Assembly (NCBI RefSeq): GCF_018336915.1
Contig: NZ_CP064923.1
Span: forward strand, 4,350,001-4,382,000
DNA length: 32,000 nt
Origin: Acaryochloris marina S15
Lineage (GTDB): Bacteria; Cyanobacteriota; Cyanobacteriia; Thermosynechococcales; Thermosynechococcaceae
Direction of reading: 5' to 3'
The notes under the pieces were generated by a model that ran no database searches, was not told where the DNA came from, and saw nothing but the letters and a program-made list of their open reading frames with translations. Below, piece by piece: positions 26,877 through 32,000 of this stretch. The position numbers and the translations under genes are program-made. Numbering within the stretch: the first letter of the stretch is position 1; each line of letters opens with the position of its first letter.

Positions 26877-28385
26877 ATGACTTCAGCCACCTACATCATG
26901 GCCTTGGATTTGGGGACCACTGGCAATCGTGCCATTCTCTTCGACCAAGATGGCCAGATCGTCGATCAGGCCTATAAAGAGCTTCCTCAGTATTATCCTC
27001 AGCCGGGATGGGTGGAGCATGATGCCTTAGAAATCTGGCGTGATACCCGCTGGGCCATGGAAACGGTAGTCGCCCAAGCCAAAATTGATCCCGCTCAGAT
27101 CGCTGCTATCGGACTGACCGTGCAGCGCGAGACCTGTTTGCTGTGGGATAAAACCACGGGGCAGCCACTGCACAAAGCCATTGTTTGGCAAGATCGACGC
27201 ACCGCAGCCTACTGTAACCAGCTGGCAGAGCAAGGCCATACCCAGGATATTTACGATCGCACCGGTTTGGTCCTCGATGCCTATTTTTCAGGGAGTAAGT
27301 TAGCGTGGCTCCTAGCAGAGGTTAAAAAGCAAAACCCCAATCTCAATTTAGACAACGTGATCGCAGGCACCATCGATACCTGGGCCTTGTGGAATCTCAC
27401 AGGAGGCAAGGTTCACGCCACGGATCACAGCAATGCCAGTCGTACCCTACTGTTGAATTTAAGCCAAGGCACCTGGGATGACCATCTCCTTGATCTATTT
27501 GGCATTCCCCAGTCATTTATGCCCGCAATTCATCCCAGCTTAGGGGTCTTTGGCAAAACCGACGCCAAATTCTTGGGCCAGGAAATTCCCATTGCCGCCA
27601 TCTTTGGGGATCAGCAAGCGGCCTTGTTCGCCCACGGCTGTGATCGCCCCGGCTCCCTCAAATGTACCTATGGTACCGGCTCCTTTTTGGTGGCCCATAC
27701 AGGAAGTGAAATTGCTCGATCCAAGAATCGCCTGCTCTCTACCGTGGCTTGGACTCAAACAGATCATGGTCAAGTCCAAACTGGCTATGCCATCGAAGGC
27801 AGTATGTTCACCTCTGGAGCCTGCATTCAGTGGTTGCGAGATGGCCTCAAGCTCATTACCAATGCTGCCGAGACAGAAGGGTTGGCCAAAGCCGTCGAAG
27901 ATAATGGCGGGGTCTATTTTGTCCCGGCCCTCAGTGGCCTCGGAGCCCCCCATTGGGATATGAGCGCTCGAGGGGCCTTTTTGGGAATTACTCGCGGGGC
28001 CCAGCGAGAGCATATGGTGCGGGCAGTATTAGAAGCGATCGCCTACCAAACCAAGGAAGTGGTCGATGCGGTCAACCAAGATTGTGGCTCTCCCATTCAG
28101 CAACTCAAAGTTGATGGTGGCGCTTGTCAGAACAATTTCTTGATGCAGTATCAAGCCGATGTCCTAGGTATTCCCGTTGAACGCCCTGTGGTTTTGGATG
28201 CTACTGCCCAAGGGGCAGCCTTTGGGGCCGGGCTAGCCATAGGGATGTGGAAAGACTATGGAGCTTTAGTCGCTGCTCGAAAAATTGATCAAGTTTTTCA
28301 ACCCAGCACCAATACCCAAGCGGCTCAAGCCAATTTTAAAACCTGGCAAAAAGCAGTGGAACGCGCTAAAGATTGGGCCAACTAG
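26877..28385 (+). CDS. glpK: Glycerol kinase
   Basis: YIMALDLGTTGNRAILFD, VWQDRRT, FGDQQAALFAHGC and VDGGACQNNFLMQYQADVLG are FGGY-family GlpK signatures. Confidence 0.95.
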   Translation: MTSATYIMALDLGTTGNRAILFDQDGQIVDQAYKELPQYYPQPGWVEHDALEIWRDTRWAMETVVAQAKIDPAQIAAIGLTVQRETCLLWDKTTGQPLHKAIVWQDRRTAAYCNQLAEQGHTQDIYDRTGLVLDAYFSGSKLAWLLAEVKKQNPNLNLDNVIAGTIDTWALWNLTGGKVHATDHSNASRTLLLNLSQGTWDDHLLDLFGIPQSFMPAIHPSLGVFGKTDAKFLGQEIPIAAIFGDQQAALFAHGCDRPGSLKCTYGTGSFLVAHTGSEIARSKNRLLSTVAWTQTDHGQVQTGYAIEGSMFTSGACIQWLRDGLKLITNAAETEGLAKAVEDNGGVYFVPALSGLGAPHWDMSARGAFLGITRGAQREHMVRAVLEAIAYQTKEVVDAVNQDCGSPIQQLKVDGGACQNNFLMQYQADVLGIPVERPVVLDATAQGAAFGAGLAIGMWKDYGALVAARKIDQVFQPSTNTQAAQANFKTWQKAVERAKDWAN

Positions 28386-28432
28386 TATCAACCGCGACAT
28401 TTTGTTCTCGCCTTCAACTCGATGGTCGTGCA

Positions 28433-28932
28433 TCAAACAATTGTGGGGTAGGTGAGTATGTCATCCCAATGCCAAGCTCGCGAGGCTAGATCAGCACGTT
28501 GTGCCGCCGTTGTTTTAAGCCGACTGTGTGTCCAAATCCAATTGAAATAGCTGACCACTAATCGAGCAGTGACTTTGGTTTGCGCCCACACTTTGCCAAA
28601 TTTGTTCTGGCGTCGATGCCATCGACCACTGTGCTGTCGAATAATGCCATTGGTGCGTTCGAGTCGTTGAGTTCTGTCCTTGCCAATGTAATGGTCAATC
28701 TCCCAAGGCAACACTCTTTCGTACCCCCCCAATCGTCGCTATTCCAGTCCTTGCAATCGGTCTTACCTTCAGTGCTAGTCACCAGTTCATTCAATAATGA
28801 ATCGGTGTGCTTGCCCACACGACACGAGAGGATCACGCCGCTTGTGTTTGCCAAGGTAATCGCCATCCAACAATCACCCATCTCTAGCTCATGGGGAAGA
28901 CAGTGTTTTTGCTTTTTTTCACAAAGGACCAC
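28433..28932 (-). pseudogene. insB: IS1 InsB-like DDE transposase region, split across two frames by a G7 tract
   Basis: Frame B reads ...KKQKHCLPHELEMGDCWMAITL...CKDWNSDDWGG. Frame C reads GGYERVLPWEIDHYIGKDRTQRLERTNGIIRQHSGRW.... Joined, they read DDWGGYE, like IS1 TDGWPLYE. The frame changes at the C7/G7 run 28724..28730. Confidence 0.8.
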
Positions 28933-29261
28933 ATTTCATCTGCACTGACATCCTCCGTTTCAACGGCTTGCACTTGGCCATTATGGAGTTGCTGAGATCG
29001 TTGGCTAGCAGCTCTTACTAGAGAGACTACAGTGTTGTAAGCTAGGCCACTGGTCCGAGTGATACCTCGAAGACTACTCCCTTCTGCATGGGCTTGGAGG
29101 ACTTGTCGGACCTGCTCTGGACTCACCTGACGACGATAGTAAAGGGTATCAAAGCGTTCAGTAAAGGTCTGCTGGCACTCAGGACAACGGTATCGTTGAA
29201 GCATGTTGGGCATCTTGCCATGCTTGTGTGCTTTGGAATGACCGCATAGTGGGCATTGCAT
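28884..29261 (-). CDS. insA: IS1 InsA-like protein (zinc finger + HTH)
   Basis: MQCPLCGHSKAHKHGKMPNMLQRYRCPECQQTF (CxxC...CxxC) is followed by the HTH segment SSLRGITRTSGLAYNTVVSLV. The ORF ends just after an A7 run. Confidence 0.85.
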   Translation of the reverse strand: MQCPLCGHSKAHKHGKMPNMLQRYRCPECQQTFTERFDTLYYRRQVSPEQVRQVLQAHAEGSSLRGITRTSGLAYNTVVSLVRAASQRSQQLHNGQVQAVETEDVSADEMWSFVKKSKNTVFPMS

Positions 29262-29833
29262 GGGTAGGTTAGAAGCTGAGCTGAGCCTCTAGTATACTCA
29301 ACCCACAATTACTTGAGGCACGACCAACTCGATAACAGAAGGGTCATTTCAATTTTCCAGGCGAGAATAAAATGTCCACAATAGATCTATTAGGAATAGA
29401 ATCTCGAATGAAATTTTCATCTCATCAATTTATCTACAATAAAAATTAATCAATATACAACTATTTACCTTTAAAAAAAATCTATTAATAGCTAATATAA
29501 ACTCAGTTTAAATTAGTTTCTCAGTAGAGAAACGATATTATCTGCGTTAGAGAATCATCACATCCGTTAACGAATCAATATCCATTTATCGAGATGGCGT
29601 TGGCATCATTTTTTTGGCTGTAGAACCGTTTTTTCCCTAACTTAGGACTATCTAAAATATTGCCAGGTTTTCTCCTTGCAATAGGTTTGCTATGGCGCTT
29701 CTTGAACAATAGAAGCGCTATAGAGTCCTGCGTCAATTTTCGATCAGCGTCTCGGACGGATACACCCCTGTGTCTAGAGAGGTAAGACAACGCTGAGGCT
29801 TATATCGTGTTTTGCTTATCTTAATTAATAACA

Positions 29834-32000
29834 ATGAACCATACTTCATTTGACCCAGGGCAACCGATCTTATCCGTTGCTTTTATTGATGCTGAGCTAT
29901 CACAAACAGATATCTTGATCCAAGAATTAGACGTTGATCAAGTCTTTTTACTCGATGCCCCCACGGATACTATCGAAGAAATTGCCCAGACTCTGTCTCA
30001 GTTTCAAGACTTAGATAGTATTCACATCATTTCTCATGGTAGCCAAGGAACAGTCCAACTAGGCAACACAGCTTTAACTCAAAACAACCTCAATACTTAC
30101 ACCAATGACCTTGAAATCTGGGGCGAGGCTCTAGCAGACCATGGCGATCTATTGTTTTATGGCTGCAACATTAGCGCTGGTGATGACTTAACCTTCCTGC
30201 AAGAGATCAGTACCATCACAGAATCAGATGTTGCTGCCTCAAATGACTTAACGGGTCAAGGGGGAGATTGGTTCTTAGAATCAAGCGTGGGATTGGTAGA
30301 AACGACCGTAGCTCTGAGCAGTGCTGGCCAAGTCGCTTATCAAGGAACGCTAGCAACAATTGGTGAAAGTGGCAGGATAGACAATCTCAATCATCAATGG
30401 ACTCAGATTACACTCCAAGAAACCTATACAAATCCCGTCGTCATTGCTGGACCACCCTCCTTTAATGGGCCTGATCCTTCAACCGTTCGGATCCGAAATG
30501 TAGCCAATAACAGTTTCGAGATTCGCATTGACGAGTGGGAATACCTCGATGAACGACATACCACCGAGTCCCTGGGTTATCTGGTTGTAGAGGAAGGCAC
30601 ACATACCCTAGCGGATGGTACCGTCCTCCAGGCTGGGAGCAGCCAGAGCAATAACAACTGGGATTCGATTGATTTTTCTACTGCATTCAATGACACGCCA
30701 TTACTATTTGCCCAAACGACTAGCGAAAATGAAGCTGCCGCCGTGGCAGAGCGGCTCAGGAATGTTTCGACCACTGGCTTTGATTTAAGGTTGCAAGAGG
30801 AAGAAGCTGCGGATCAAACCCATGCTGTGGAAGCAGTGGATTGGATTGCGATCGCACCCGGTAGCGGCACCTTTAGCAGTGTCCCCTTCATTGCCAATCA
30901 AATCTCAAGTAATCATCAAGATTCCACTGCCAGCTTTGATAACGTCTTTAGCGGCAATGATATACCCGTATTTCTAGCTCAATCCAACACCAACAATGGT
31001 GGCGATCCTTTTTCGATTCGTTATCGGACCCTAGACACGACCGGCACCACCCTCTTTTTAGAAGAGGAGCAATCGAGGGAGAGGGAAACTCAGCACGTCT
31101 TTGAAGAGGTCGCTTATTTAGCACTGGGCACTGGATTGTTAGAGGTTCCAGACCCTGTTGTGGAGACCTTTTCCTTAGCTGATACTAATAATCCCATCCT
31201 GGTTAATGAATCGGCTGGCGTTGTCACCATCACAGCCATTCGTTCAGGATCAGCCCTAGCTCCAGCCACCCTTGAGTACACCACCAATGAAGTGGGTAGT
31301 TCAGACACAGCCTTAGCCGACGTAGATTTCATCACTCCCACCTTAAACGGGCGCAGCAATACAGGTGAAATTACTTTTGGCATTGGTGAAACGGTGAAGA
31401 CGTTTACGATCCCCATCATTGATGACGCCCTATTGGAGGGGAACGAAATCTTCTCCGTCGGCATCCAAAACCCCAGCAACGGTGGCTTGGGAGCACCCCG
31501 CACCACCCTGGTTACAATCATTGATGATGATGCAGCTTCCACGTTATCCGTCACGGATACTGCCATTAGCGTGGAAGAAGGAACCGCAACTGCCTCGATC
31601 ACGGTTCAACGGAGCGGCAATAGTTCTAGCACAGCATCCGTTGATTTCAGTACCCGTAACGGCACAGCAGTTGCTGGCGAAGACTATAGGGCAACATCCG
31701 GCACCCTAAACTTTGCCGTCGGCCAAACCACCCAAACCTTGACTATTCCTATCCTCAATGATGTCTTTGTCGAAGGAGACGAGACATTTTCCGTTACCTT
31801 AACTAACCCAAACGGTGGAGCTCTCGGGAATAACATTACCAATATCACCATTCTTGATAATGACTTGGCCTTGGGCAACCTCAATCGCACGACAGCAGTT
31901 TCAGGACTAACACAACCCACCACTCTCGATTGGACACCTGATGGTCGCTATCTGTTGGTTGCTCAAAAGGATGGAGTTGTTCAGGTCATTGATAATGGCG
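29834..32000 (+). CDS. Giant secreted/surface protein, N-terminal 722 codons: DUF4347 domain, 3x ~85-aa repeat, 2x Calx-beta, start of a glucose/sorbosone-dehydrogenase-like beta-propeller (continues past right edge)
   Basis: Hand translation from the ATG at 29834 (in-frame stop at 29822) is open to the window end. The DUF4347 region reads VAFIDAELSQ...SIHIISHGSQGTVQLGNTAL...LLFYGCNISAG...SDVAASNDLTGQGGDWFLES. The Calx-beta regions read VDFITPT...GEITFGIGETVKTFTIPIIDDALLEGNEIFSV and VDFSTRNGTAVAGEDYRATSGTLNFAVGQTTQTLTIPILNDVFVEGDETFSV. The tail reads TTLDWTPDGRYLLVAQKDGVVQVIDNG. It is absent from the ORF track because it has no stop. Confidence 0.85.
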   Translation, partial: MNHTSFDPGQPILSVAFIDAELSQTDILIQELDVDQVFLLDAPTDTIEEIAQTLSQFQDLDSIHIISHGSQGTVQLGNTALTQNNLNTYTNDLEIWGEALADHGDLLFYGCNISAGDDLTFLQEISTITESDVAASNDLTGQGGDWFLESSVGLVETTVALSSAGQVAYQGTLATIGESGRIDNLNHQWTQITLQETYTNPVVIAGPPSFNGPDPSTVRIRNVANNSFEIRIDEWEYLDERHTTESLGYLVVEEGTHTLADGTVLQAGSSQSNNNWDSIDFSTAFNDTPLLFAQTTSENEAAAVAERLRNVSTTGFDLRLQEEEAADQTHAVEAVDWIAIAPGSGTFSSVPFIANQISSNHQDSTASFDNVFSGNDIPVFLAQSNTNNGGDPFSIRYRTLDTTGTTLFLEEEQSRERETQHVFEEVAYLALGTGLLEVPDPVVETFSLADTNNPILVNESAGVVTITAIRSGSALAPATLEYTTNEVGSSDTALADVDFITPTLNGRSNTGEITFGIGETVKTFTIPIIDDALLEGNEIFSVGIQNPSNGGLGAPRTTLVTIIDDDAASTLSVTDTAISVEEGTATASITVQRSGNSSSTASVDFSTRNGTAVAGEDYRATSGTLNFAVGQTTQTLTIPILNDVFVEGDETFSVTLTNPNGGALGNNITNITILDNDLALGNLNRTTAVSGLTQPTTLDWTPDGRYLLVAQKDGVVQVIDNG

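Larger units (their letters stand above)
28396..29376 (-). mobile_element. IS1-family insertion sequence (981 bp) with long imperfect terminal inverted repeats
   Basis: The ends are gacattttgttctcgcc (28396..28412) and the reverse complement of ggcgagaataaaatgtc (29360..29376), matching 16/17. Further matching blocks lie inward (ggtcgtgc, caattgtggg, gagtat). Internally there is an InsA-like ZF/HTH ORF and an InsB-like DDE ORF. I found no target-site duplication. Confidence 0.85.

Noticed and set aside
27540-28013. 157-aa minus-strand and 137-aa plus-strand alternative ORFs inside glpK
   Set aside because: These are shadows of a highly conserved gene with no independent signal.
29575-29790. 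71-aa basic ORF (TTG start) in the AT-rich leader
   Set aside because: It has a non-ATG start, no SD and lysine-rich low-complexity sequence as expected from AT-rich DNA. It also spans the 13-bp hairpin, so I treat it as non-coding.
31114-31602. 162-aa minus-strand ORF (and 30577..30774, 31684..31923) near the right edge
   Set aside because: They are antisense to the giant DUF4347/Calx-beta ORF, which has clear domain motifs on the plus strand. The Val/Ser/Ala-rich translation is a reverse-frame artefact.

Overview
Cyanobacterial chromosomal window. Evidence: at least 16 perfect HIP1 octamers (GCGATCGC), plus psaC, Fd-GOGAT, ggpS and Uma2/DUF820. Most genes are recognisable core functions. 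Reading left to right: speA (5' fragment, minus strand, runs off the left edge), a small Cys-rich ORF, psaC, a CAP/SCP-domain protein, and ferredoxin-type glutamate synthase. Next comes a PAS/GAF hybrid histidine kinase, a REC-GGDEF regulator with a GGDQF motif, and a TIM-barrel isomerase-like protein. These are followed by a YafJ-type amidotransferase and a SAM methyltransferase. A 0.9 kb AT-rich islet then carries a small membrane protein and a damaged HIT gene bracketed by direct repeats. After it come Uma2, recF and an RNase D-like exonuclease. A same-strand block of five poorly characterised genes follows (YciI-like, DUF5063-like, two unknowns, a lipoprotein), then an ABC1 kinase. The glucosylglycerol locus ggpS <> gghA-glpK comes next. 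A 981 bp IS1-family element sits 10 nt after glpK, followed by an AT-rich leader. The window ends with the first 722 codons of a giant DUF4347/Calx-beta protein that runs off the right edge. Two real genes are absent from the supplied ORF track because they have no stop inside the window: speA at 1..252 (-) and the giant ORF at 29834..32000 (+). I saw no rRNA, tRNA or CRISPR array. No clear-cut novel system can be proven from sequence alone. The best candidates for follow-up are: (i) the 17.6-20.7 kb uncharacterised operon-like block; (ii) the triple ~85-aa repeat module in the giant protein; (iii) the HIT cassette with an in-frame TGA at codon 3 and flanking repeats; (iv) the IS1 element that needs two -1 shifts on homopolymer heptamers; (v) small ORFs in the ggpS control region. 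All homology calls come from motif recognition by eye, not from database searches.
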